From Marsupella aquatica (Eukaryota > Plantae > Marchantiophyta): a DNA stretch of 64,000 bases. Below are positions 47,721 through 59,200 of this stretch, piece after piece. Every line of letters begins with the position of its first letter. The first letter of the stretch is position 1. Where the stretch lies: the NCBI GenBank assembly GCA_973895155.1, contig OZ316899.1, forward strand, positions 12,403,934 to 12,467,933, written 5' to 3'. The notes under the pieces are model-generated. The model searched no databases, was not told the origin of the DNA, and saw nothing but the letters and a program-made list of their open reading frames with translations. The translations under genes were made by a program, and so were the position numbers.

Positions 47721-50700
47721 TGTGATGCCTAGACAGGAATCACTCGACCGGTTAAGTGGGTAAAGCAGGAAGGCACCCTAGGAACACCTTAGTACAGTGA
47801 CAAAACAAGGAAAATATAAACAATTAGGGGCAACCATGGAACCCGGGCAGAGGCCGGAGGTAAGGCTGAGGGTGAAAACCCGATTAGGGTTAGGGCGCGT
47901 TAAGCGTCGGCGGCTAGGAAGGATCAACGGGAAGAAGGACCGGCAGAGGAGAGGGGTAAGGAGCGCTTGCAGGAGATGGTGGCTCATTTGCGAGCACGAA
48001 CTAGGCAGACGACTACGGGAGGCCAACTACTGTCAGCTGCTTAAGCAAGCACTCGGGGAGAGAGTAGATACCGACGATCGACCTAAGGAGGGTATGAGCA
48101 ACGTCAATCAAGCGGCACATTTCTGGGGATGCCTGTTCGAACGGGCAACTGAGTACATCAAGACTTACGAGGACGAGGAGTCAGAAAGGGCAGCTCGAGA
48201 ACGGCAGGAGCTCGCTCGATTGTGGGAGCTGCACAAGACGGCTTTCTTAGGAGGCGAACTCATCAAGGACGAGTTCCTGTGGACGCCTACTTCCAATCAA
48301 CTCGACGATCTTCTGTTTTGCAAAGACAGCATCGTCGGCATCCGAGAGGCCATCAAGAACTGCAACGACATACACTGGGAATTAAAGGGTAGCACGGAAA
48401 GGTGGACCCGGGCAACGGTGCTAGGAGAAACCTCCACGGCAGCAGAGATGAAGAGGAAGGGAGCCGTCAACGATGAAGCCACCCCGGCAAAAAGAACGAG
48501 GTCGGCGGCACCAAAGAAGCCAGCCGAGCAGCAGAGCAGGAGGCAGGGAGAAGCCGAAGAGGAGGAGGTCGATCCCATCAAGGCCATTCCAACCAGGGAT
48601 GACACCTGGAAGGGCTGGGCGGCAACCCTACCGGTGGAGGTGCAACTACATTTTGCACGGGAGGAGGATGCATGCTTTACGGCCATGCAGACCAAGAAGT
48701 ACCAAGGCTTCATGGCCGGATCCGGCTTGGAGGCCTTTGTAAGATTACCATGGCTGAAGCCGGAGGTACCGGAGTCAGACCTATTAGAATTCGTGGGGTC
48801 ATGGGAACCCGAGACCAATTGCACGAGGATATATGGGAAGGATTTCTATCTTACTCCCAAGGTAATTGCCGAAGTGTTTGGCTTGCCGATGGGCAATAAG
48901 ACCAAAGTTGATACCAGGAAGACCTTGCCTGACAAGGAGTTCCGGTCGTTCCCCGGGCCATCAACGAAGAATGGCTTCTTCCGGAACACCTGCACCAACC
49001 CGCACATAGGAGAGATGATCGACTTCTTGCGGGTGACCATGCATTGTAACTTGCCGAGGGCAGAGATCGGCAAGGCACAGGTCTATCTGGCAGAAAGGCC
49101 AGACCCAAGCCGGGACTACAACGGGTACCTCCTCAACCAATTGAAGAAGATCTTAAAGGAGGAGCAGCAGGTAATCGGCATGGGGAGCGTGTCGCGGCTT
49201 GGCTATCACATGCCGCTGTTGTGCCGGTATGCCAGAGGTCAGACTTTTGCCCCGGTACTTCCCCTGCAGGTAAGGGCACCCGAGGAAGCTCCAACACCGA
49301 GGCCGTTGGCTGAGAAGCCTCCACCACCTGTTAGTCCTACGATCGAGCAGGTGTTTAGGCCCAGGAAGGAAGACTTGCCGATGCAGCAACCAGGCATGCA
49401 GAGTCTGCTAAAACTACTGGAGAAAGAAAAGAAATCGGCATCGGCAACAACTTCTACTTACTCCACCTACGCTAAGAATAGAGCCATGGAGTATGGTGAG
49501 ATGTGTGGGGAACTTGCGCTCGGCATCTTTGGAGAGGAGTTGGAGGTAGGACCCTTTTTCCATAGGGAGCAGTTGGAGAAGCACCAATTAGAAGAAGCGG
49601 TGGCTTTAGAGAGAAGCAAGAAGGACGAGGTCATTCGGCGGCTTAGGAGGATGGGAGCCGAGATTGAAGATCTAAGGGCGGCCAAGAAAGCCCAAGATGA
49701 ACTGCGGATTAAACGACATGAGCTGAACATCATGCAGGGGTAGTTGGACGCCGCGCAGGCTGATAATCAGAATATCAAGGATAAACTGACTCAGACGCAG
49801 GAAGAGTTGGCCGACACGATCAAAGAGAGGGAGAAGTGGAAGCAAGAGCTGAAGAATACAGAGGAGGCCCACATAACAGCCAACAGCCGGGCCATGGCGG
49901 AGACCCAAAGAAAGGAATGGGCGTTGAAAGGGGAGCTCGAGAAAATCCGCGGAGCCCTTGAGCAGAAGGAGGTCGAGTTAGGGAAATCCTATCAAGGGAT
50001 TATGGCGCTGCAGCAGGAGCTTGCATCCCTGACGGCCAGCTTCAAGGCCGACCTAAGGGAGAAGGACGAGATGCTCGAACAGACTTACGCCAAGATGAAC
50101 CAGATGGAGTCTGTCATCATTGCGGAGCTCGACAAGGAGCTAAGAGCAACCCAGGAGGAGAGGGCTACCTTGAAGAAGGAATTGGAGGAAGCCCACAGGG
50201 AGCAGGAGGAGGCCAAAAACGAGCTGGAGGGGGCACGTAAGGACCTGGATGAAACCCAAGAGGAGTTGGAGGAAATCACGAGGAAGATGGAGAACCTACA
50301 GCGGCGGGCCGACAACCAAACAGAGCGGCTGAAGAAACAAGCCGCAGTATTTAAATGCTTAGCTGCAGCAGGTCCATCTCCCGTTGGGACAAACCAGTTA
50401 CCAGGGGTGGTAATTGCCGAAGGACAAGCCGCGCCAACTGCACCAGTGCCGGAAGTAAGTGGGAAGGGGAAGGGACCAGCTGCCGAGCCACCAACGAAGA
50501 AGAAGCGGAAACCTCCAGGGTCAAGGAGTAATACGACTTCACAGGCCGTGGTGATCAAGGAGGTAGACCCAGCACCGACCCCAGACAGGGTCACGGCTAA
50601 GGATCCAACTACCCTAGGGGAAGGGGAGGCCGAAGCCGAGGGAGTGGCTGAAGCCGAAGCCATGGGAGTGGCTGAGGCCGAAGCCGTGGGTATTGCCGAG

Positions 50701-51768
50701 GCCGGTGTCGAGGCTGAAGCCGAAGGTGGACCCAGTCAGGCCGATGGAGAGTTGACTCGGTCAAGGGCAGGTAATCTGTCAGTAGGCGGGCCAACGGCAG
50801 TGGCTGAGGAGGAAGTGTTGGGGGCGTCCATTGAGGATCCACCACCGGTGTCATGACGGTGCAAGGGCGCCGTTCCTTTTAGGGAAGGCGGACGTGGAGG
50901 GAGGAGGCGTGAGTGGGCAGGGCGGGCGCGGATCTCCACGTTTAGGATTAGGATCAGAACCAGGAGCGGCCCTGACACTTAGCTTAGTGGGATTGCGGTC
51001 CCACTGGTAGGAGCAACACTTGTGCTCCTGCCTTGCTGTACATAGGTAGATTCGGGCAAGTAGATTACTGTTAAGTAGATTAGGCTTATGATGCAAAGAA
51101 TGGCGGATCCACTACCAGGATAAGTACCTGGGCAGCGGGGAGCTCAGGGCCTCTTCTTTAGCAAGTTTTTAGTTTGCACCAGCCGGGCTGGGATCAAGTA
51201 GTACGAGAAGCTCTCGGTTAGTCATACAGTGACCCTTGTGTATATTCATGTTTCCTCATGCCTAAGAGCTGAATAGAGTTGGCCTCACGGCTTAGTTCGC
51301 AGAACTTGTGTATGAGATGTACTGTTTGTATGGCAAGTGCATGGTATGACTCAGTCAGAATGAGTCATTTTGCTATTTGTGTGTCGCATTAACTTGTGTG
51401 AAGAGTGCCCACATCAACAGAAGGAAGGAAAGTAAGCAGGGGAGTGAGAGTTGGATGTGTCGAGCTGAGAGAGGTCTTAGCGGCTTAACCAAGCCTATTG
51501 GGGATCATTCCGGCGGCGGAATCCAAACATACCTAACAGGAAGACAGGGGAAGACAGGGGAAGGCCTATATTAGGCCGGCTACGTATCTCATGACCCGAT
51601 GAAGGATCTGTCCAGTATATGTGTGTAAAATGTTAATAGTAGTAGTAGAAGGTTAGCAGCGTCCCATGCCGCTAAGCCGCGGAAACGGCCTCGCCAAGCA
51701 CGAAACCTGCGGGAATCGGCTTGAGCTGGGGGGTTTCTTGGGTTTAGGGAGCCATGGGACGCACCACA
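47721..51768 (+). mobile_element. Family X solo LTR X3 (4048 bp) with an internal long ORF
   Basis: TGTGATGC...GCACCACA termini and TSD TTAAC. Strand given is that of the ORF. Confidence 0.92.
47836..50856 (+). pseudogene. Family X LTR-encoded protein (plant-transposon-protein-like domain + long coiled coil), one premature TAG
   Basis: Single frame with TAG at 49741-49743 and an in-frame deletion near 49450 relative to X4; motif GLEAFVRLPW...LLEFV...G.DFYLTPKVIAEVFGLP. Confidence 0.82.
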
Positions 51769-52096
51769 TTAACCCTTAGTCCATATGATGATACAAAGAG
51801 GTATGCAATACCTAGGTATAAAGAGACACAAGACTAGGAGAGGGTAGTTACAACTACCCCAATGTACAATATAAGATAAGCCACATTGGCTTAAGAGAAA
51901 TTCAATCATCTTTTGTTGGTACAGTATGTATATTTCATAGTTTAACACGTTATAAGCACATGATTTTGCTCCTCCAACAACTCTCAAGCTACTCTTGTGA
52001 ATTTTTTCCCTATTCATGTGAATGAAGCATCGAACGAAATTCCCCAAGACACATTTCTTTTCTTTCGCCAAGTACACCACAAAATTTTCGTCGACT

Positions 52097-52312
52097 ATGA
52101 CAACATTGGAGAAGCTCCAATTCCCATTGCTCGCAACAGATGGCGACAATTATTTATCTTGGGCACAAAATACATAAATTGTTCTCAACATGAAAGGCCT
52201 CGGCGACATTATCTTAGCAGATATCAATGGCACATTACAACAAAAGGCTCAGGCACTGTATATCATTCGCCATCACCTCGCTGCCGAACTACAACTTGAA
52301 TACCTTACAGAG
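52097..52312 (+). pseudogene. Bianca-type copia gag N-terminal fragment
   Basis: MTTLEKLQFPLLATDGDNYLSWAQ...KGLGDII...QKAQALYIIRHHLAAELQLEYLTE, resembling Bianca gag; one stop. Confidence 0.8.
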
Positions 52313-52316
52313 TTTA

Positions 52317-52604
52317 GGGTTTTCCAGACCGTTTTCAAACTAGACGTTGAGGAATCTACTTTGACCAGCCAACCAATTCTCACAGTTGGAGAAGTCCAAC
52401 TGATCTTGGAGAGGAAGAATGCTCATGGTTTATAGAGAAGGATATATAAATTGTCCTATACTTGAAACGGTTATATTAGTTTTTGTCGTATTACAACGGT
52501 ATAGTTTTATGTTAGCGCCTGGCGCTGGGATGGAAGTCTTCCTTATTATCATTTACTTCATTGTAATCCTATCACTACAAATGATATTTTAAATTTTTGT
52601 TTCC
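52317..52604 (+). repeat. ~285-bp direct duplication, second copy
   Basis: Repeat of 47418-47702. Confidence 0.9.
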
Positions 52605-55600
52605 CACATTATGCATTCATCCAATGTCATTTTCTAAATGGGTTGGTTGTTTCCATTTTAGCTAGCCCCAGGCGCTAGCCCATCGCCGGTGGTCTTTCAA
52701 ATTGTCCAGAGTTTTCATTTCTGGTTTTCTGCCTTATTGTTGGCCTATAATATTATGTTACTTATGGTGGGACCAACCATGTCAATGTTTTTTCCCATGG
52801 CATTCACTGGTAAATGTTTGTGTGTCTGTGGTTTTTGGGACACTATTTTCCAGAAGTATGTTGGTGATTCTGGACTCACTTATCATCAGACAACAATTGT
52901 TGCCATGTTAGTTGGTTCTAAGCTCTAGAATGTAAATGAAGCGTAATGCATATTGCTTTTTTTCAGATGTATCTGGCTTGAAGTAATGAAGTATTATCCT
53001 GTTCCAATGACTAACTTTTCCTGGTAACAGCAACCTATTCCTAATAACAGCAACAAAAAAATCTGCTACCAGAATTCCTGTTTTCCTGTTTCCTGTCTCG
53101 GTGGCCATACCCGAAGCAACCAAGGAATGGGCAGTGAAAACCTCAAAAATCACTCCATTGTTGAGTCCAGAGTTTGAAGACTTTCTGTCTACGTGCGCAT
53201 AAATGTATGTTGTCACGGAGAGGAATAAGCGGGAGAAGAAGCCAGATACCGTGTTGTGTACCATGGACCGGGCCAGGCTTTTTAGGCTCTGGATCCCAAG
53301 CTACGAAGGACTTTGCTTGTAGCACATTGCAATTTGGAGCTCCGAAGACAATTCTTCCATCAATGATGATCCAGTAAAATAGTGGTGTCACACCTGGATT
53401 ACATGGAATAATGTAGAAGGGATTGCGGTGGGGATGTTGCAATGTGCTTTGCGAGAGGTCCAACAAACCATTCCCGTGGATCATTTACAAGATTGGGCAT
53501 GTGAATCATTCAAATCTCTAATTGACAGTCACGAATGATTTTAAGAAATACGGTGACTCTGGCAAGGGTAAGTTTTTTAATACAATGAGTATCCTGATAA
53601 AGAGGATTACTCTTTGAAGAACCAGAAGCAAGCAGAAAGGTACCTCTACCGTTTTTACATCCATGTGGATGCTACAAAACCTGATTACTTTTGGGCGTAT
53701 CCTGCCGCCTTCCTCAAGTGGACTGTAATACCGGAGAGCGATTTGTATTCTATGTATCCTGCTGTGGGAATTTTCCCAGCAAGACCTTTGAGTGAATGGG
53801 GGAGAACCCATTGTCCATGGTGCCTAGATACAGATAGATGGGACTCGCCCTTTGATCACAGAGAAAAGGATGCTTTCCATAAGCTGTCTAAGTCCCAGAT
53901 CCCAATCAACATTGTTTATGACATGAAGCAAGGGCTTCCAGATGATGTGGATCAATCCACAACAGAATTGCAAACAATATGTGAGACAACAATTGTTCAT
54001 GTTGACCAAAGCAGGAAGCCTCGCGGCAAAGCAAAAGCAGATACTACGGCCCCAAGTGAATCAACAATATGTGGGAAAAAATGTAAGTATAATTTGTATC
54101 TCTTTGGTTAGCACCCGGCGCTGCTATGACAGTCAATATCTGTCACATTGTTAGCGCTTGCCGTTGTTATGGCAGTCAATATCTGTTACATTGTTAGCGC
54201 CCAGCGCTGCTATGAGTGTCAATATTTCAGAACTGAATTGGTTATTTTAGTCAAAAAGGTGAATATTTAAGGCCAAGTCTTATAGATAGTTTGGCCAGCG
54301 CTGGGCGTTAGCATTGTCGTTGTCTCAATATTGACGGATATCACATCGACATCCATTTGAACAGGGAGAAAATAAGACGCCGTGGGAAGCGGAGATACAA
54401 AGATAGATGCCACCCCAGAGGCGTCTGAAGCCAATACCGGAGCACCATTCGATCCAATTACTCCCGCTGAGAAAGGGAAGGCTATTGCTCCAGTGGATGC
54501 CATCAGTACAAGGAAGAAGATGAAAAGGACCATTGAAGGTGGATCTTCCTCTCGAGAAAGTGCTGCTACTGTAGGTCTTCAACGTGAAGTTGGGGACTTC
54601 AAGAGTAGACTTTCAAGGCATTGCCTTGTTGAATCTAGCATCTCAGAATTCTACTCAACATTTAACAAAGGAGAGAAGCCTGACTGGGTGAATGGTGTAG
54701 AGAAATGAGGAAAGGATCTCATGAAGTCTAGTTTTTGAGAGAAGGGCATTGTGCGTGGGGGAAAGGAGAGATTGTTTGGAGTCCACGCGGGTTTTATCTA
54801 CCATCCGACGGGACTTAAACCATCTATGCTAGACAGAAAAGTCCCAAAATGAAATGTCCCCGACCACTCATTGGCCACCTCTTTCTTTCGTGGAATGGAT
54901 CCATTTTTATCTGATGACGGAATGCTGGCCATTTTACATAACGGGGAGTACGATCCGATGTCTCAGGTTATATCGACTTGTCAGGAATCAAAGAAGTTTC
55001 ATTGCATCTCGACACACAATGTTGTCATGTCAGTTCCAATGTACGCGCCAAAGACCGACCAACAGGTAAATTTCTCATCGTGACATCTGGTTTGCAGTTC
55101 AAAGAATGTTTATGAATGCATCCATTGACGTACCATTCTTGGGTTATATTTCAGATCTTCACGCTCAGACTGGACGTCTTCTATCGAGTGTCTGAAAAAG
55201 GGAAGGTGCCAAAAGACTCAAGATTTAGACCTCTGTCTGTCACGAAAGATCCCTCCATAACAAATTTAATTGGACTTCCCTCTCTCAAAGTCGATCCAAT
55301 ACTTGAGATGGAATTTGCTAGGAATGCTCGTTTGTTGGTTGGATTCATGCAATCTATGATTGAGCTCATCACTCGGCCTAGGGATATTTTCATGGATTGG
55401 ACAGTGGGGTCGGGTAGCTCTTTTGTAGTTGGAGACTATTCTGGGAGGATTGTAATTGGAGTGGAGAATAGGAAAGATTTTGTTGAAACTGGTTCCAAGG
55501 TGTTCTTAAATCTACTTTCTCCAAAGGAAGTCAAAACTTTGCCACCCCCAATTCAACCACCCAAAAAGAAAAGGAGAGACAAGCTTCATTCTGTACTTAA

Positions 55601-56256
55601 TTTTGACTCTGACGATGAGTCAAGTGGTGCGACAGCAGACGAAGATGAGGGTGGCACACCTGAGGGGAAGGGTCAAGAACAATCTGCTGGCCAGAGTGAC
55701 AACAATGACTCTTCCGAGTAATGTTCTGAAACTTGTAAGCTTCTTTCTCCTTTCTAGTTCCTTCATGCTTTTGTGCTATCCATTCATGCAATCGGTTGAC
55801 AAACTTCTGTTCTCACCCAGGTCCAAATGGAATACGAAAAGGCGCTTCAAACTCAGAAGAAAAGTAGCTCATTTTGAAATTGTCACTCTAGAGAAACCAT
55901 TCGTTTTACCCTCTTATGCTGAGAACACTGCAAGAATGGAAGATAATCAGAGGACTCTTTTTTGGGAAAACAAAGGTCTCCGGCTATGGAGAGGATTTGA
56001 TAGAAAATTTGTCCAAAATCCTTATGTAGATGAAGTTTGTAGGAGGAAGTTTGTAGATGACAAGGCGGTCTTGACCGAGAGGTCACAGAGCTCCGAATCA
56101 GAATCGTCCGATTCATGAAGAGTTTTTGCGGCTAAGATTTTACCAGCACTGGGCGTTGTTATCAAAATACATGTATTCATTATCCCACTTATGATTGGTT
56201 TATGTTACATTGATAATAAAGTGTATTAAATTCCTCATTTCCCTTACTAGCGTCGG

Positions 56257-59200
56257 TGTGGTGCGTCCCATGGCTCCCCAAACCCAAGAAACCCCCCCGC
56301 ACAAGCCGATTCCCGCAAGTTTCGTGCTCGGCAAGGCCGTTTCCGCAGCTTAGCCGCATGGGACGCTGCTAACATCCTTCTACTACTACTATTAACATTT
56401 TACACACATATACTGGACAGATCCTTCATCGGGTCATGAGATACGTAGCCGGCCTAATCTAGGCCTTCTCTTGTCTTTCCCTCCTGTTGGTTAGGTATAT
56501 TTGGATTCCGCCGCCAGAATGATCCCCAATTGGCTTGGTTAAGCCGCTAAGACCTCTCTCAGCTCGACACATCCAACTCTCACTCCCTTGCTTACTTCCC
56601 TTCTACTTGTTGATGTGGGCACTCTTCACACAAGTTAATGCGACACACAAATAGCAAAATGACTCCTTAGGACTGAGTTATACCATGCACTTGTAATACA
56701 AACAGTACATCTCATACACAAGCTCTGCGAACTAAGCCGTGAGGCCAACTCTATTCAGCTCTTAGGCATGAGGAAACATGAATATACACAAGGGTCACTG
56801 TATAACTAACCGAGAGCTTCTCTTACTACTTGATCCCAGCCCTGCTGGTGCAACTAAAAACTTGTTAAAGAAGAGGCCCTGAACTCCCCGCAGCCCAGGT
56901 ACTTATTCTGGCCGTGGATCCGCCTGATTCCTTGCAGCGTAAGCCTAATCTACACAAGTGTCGTCCTCACCCGTGGATCCAAAATCCCACTAATCTAAGT
57001 GTCAGGGCCGTCTCCTGGTCCTGATCCAAAGTCTAAACTTGGAGATCAGCGCCCACCCTGCCCACTCACGCCTCCTACCTACACGTCCGCCCTCCCTAAA
57101 AGGGACGACGCCCTTACACCGTCACGACACCGGTGGCTGGTCCTCAATGGACGCCCCCAACGCTTCCTCCGCAACCACTCCTGTTGGTCCGTCTTCTGAC
57201 AGATTACCTGCCCCTGATCGAGTCAACTCTTCATCGGCCTGACTGGGTCCACCCTCGGCTTTGGCCTCAGCATCGGTCACGGCCTCCGCCACGGCTATGG
57301 CCTCCCCGACATGTTCTAGTGGAGGATCCGGTACCTCGGCAGCACTGGTTCTCCCGGCCTCGGCCTTGCCATCTCCACTTCCTAGGACTGGTGGATCCAC
57401 CGCCGTGCCGATACCGGAGGTTGGTGCCGGGTTTATCGTCTCGGTCACAACAGCTTGAGAAGCCGTATAACTTCCAGACCTAGAAGGTTTCCGCTTATAC
57501 TTCTTCCCTATTTTGACAGTCGGTTCCTCCCCCTTGCCACTTACCTCCGGCACCGGGGTGAGTGTTACGGCTTGTCCTTCGGCCAATACTACCCCTGGTA
57601 ACTGGGTTCCCCCAATTGGAGTTGGACCTGATGAAGCCAAGCATTTAAATACTGCGGCTTGTGTCTTCAGCCGCTCCGTTTGGTTGTCGGCCCGCCGCTG
57701 TAGGTTCTCCATCTTCCTCGTGATTTCCTCCAACTCCTCCTGGGTCTCGTCCAGGTCCTTGCGCGCCTCCTCCAACTCCTTATTGGCTTCCTCCAATTCT
57801 TTCTTTAAGGTAGCCCTCTCCTCCTGGGTTGCTCTTAGCTCCTTGTCAAGCTCCGCTACGACCACAGACTCCATCTTATTCATCTTGGCATAAGTCTGGT
57901 CGAGCTGGTCATCCTTTTCACGCAGGTCGGCCTTGAAGCTGGCCGTCAAGGACGCAAGCTCTTGCTGCAGCGCAATAATCCCTTGATAGGATTTCCCTAA
58001 CTCTGCTTCCTTCTGCTCAAGGGCTCCGCGGATATCTTCGAGCTCTCCCTTCAACGCCCTCTCCCTTCTCTGAGTCTCCGCCATGGTCCGGTTGTTGGAG
58101 GTTAAATGGGCCTCCTCTGCGTCCCTTAGCTCCCACTTCCATTTCTCTCTTTCTTTGACTGCGTCGGCCAACTCTCCTTGGGTCCGAGTCAGTTTATCTT
58201 TGATAATCTGATTGTAAGACTTAGCGGTATCCAACTGCCCCTGCATGATGTTTAGCTCATGCCGCTTAATCCGCAACTCATCTTGGGCTTTCTTGGCCGC
58301 CTGCAGGACTTCCACCTCGGCTTCCTTCTCCCTAAGCCGTCGGATGACCTCCTCCTTCTTGCTTCTCTCCAAAGTCACCGCTTCTTCTAATCGGTGCTTT
58401 TCCAACATCTCCCTCTGGAAAAAGGGTCCCTGCTCCAACTTCTCCCCAAAGATGCTGAGCGCCAGGTCCCCACACATCTCCCCGTACTCCATGGCTCTAT
58501 CCTTAGCATAGGTGGAGTAACTAGAAGTCATCGGCATCAACCACCGCGGCCTTTGCTCCCAAGCCGTCTTGCGGATTTCTTCTACGGTGGCAAGAGGGTT
58601 GCTTCTTTTTTCGGCAAGCCGCCTGATGTCCTCCGGCCAATCTCCTCCTGGTAAATCCTTCTCCCTAGCCAGGGCTGCTCTCTCTTCCTCCCTAAGTCGC
58701 TCCTGAAATTCTTGTGCCGTCTTCTTTATGCCGTCAAAGCTCGGGGGAGCAACCTCTGGTGGGGGAGACTTGGGGTTACTCTGTTGGGTGGGGTCCCCTC
58801 GAACTACTCTTGGAAGCGTGGGGATAAATCGGCCACAGGTCCTTACTCCTGGAACATGATGATCCGACCCATAGTCGGAGTTATCATTGCTGTAGTCCTC
58901 CATCGCCTCCTCCACTACTTGGACTCCCGGCTCCTCTACCTCTGATTCGGGGCTTGAGGCTCCCACGTACATTCGCACTCCCGGCTTGTGTTCCGGCCTC
59001 AATCTCTCCTTGGTTCCGGTAAAGGGGTCTTCCCTTCTGAGTCGGCTTAGGCCAACTTCTGGGGCAGCGTCCTGTATCGGTCCCGTTGCCGTTGCCGTTC
59101 TCTTTTCCTTCTCCAACAATTTCAGCAGATTTTGCATGCCTGGTTGCTGCATCGGCAAGTCTTCTTTCCTTGGCCTAAACACCTGCTCGATCGTCGGACT

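Larger units (their letters stand above)
47703..52316 (+). mobile_element. 3'-truncated Bianca-type Ty1/copia element (5' LTR split by X3, PBS, gag start)
   Basis: LTR TGTTAG (47703)...TTTAACA (51947), PBS CGTTATAAGCACA at 51948-51960, followed by the gag N-terminus. Confidence 0.82.
35684..53112 (+). mobile_element. MULE-like DNA transposon copy M2 (complete termini, inverted relative to M1)
   Basis: 8-bp TSD GAAGCAAC (35676-35683 and 53113-53120); the M1 reading frame resumes exactly (EAT|KEWAVK). Termini GAGGTGTTTAC.../...GCCATACCC with subterminal inverted CAGGAAA(A)CAGG repeats. Confidence 0.9.
34488..56118 (+). pseudogene. M1 cargo gene: ParB/Srx-like + permuted N6/N4 DNA-methyltransferase-like protein (5 exons, interrupted by M2 at 35684-53112)
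   Basis: Exons ~34488-35223, 35357-35683+53121-54081, ~54365-55065, 55155-55717 and 55821-56118. Motifs IFYGNHRLYSW, FLSDDGMLAI and TRPRDIFMDWTVGSGSSFVVG..GR..IGVE; several nonsense codons. Confidence 0.82.

Noticed and set aside
35684-53112. Helitron, CACTA or KDZ/Zisupton assignment for M2
   Set aside because: No Rep/Hel domain or CTRR end, no CACTA termini or 3-bp TSD, and no clear CxC domains. The DDE motifs fit MULE-like best, though phylogeny is needed.
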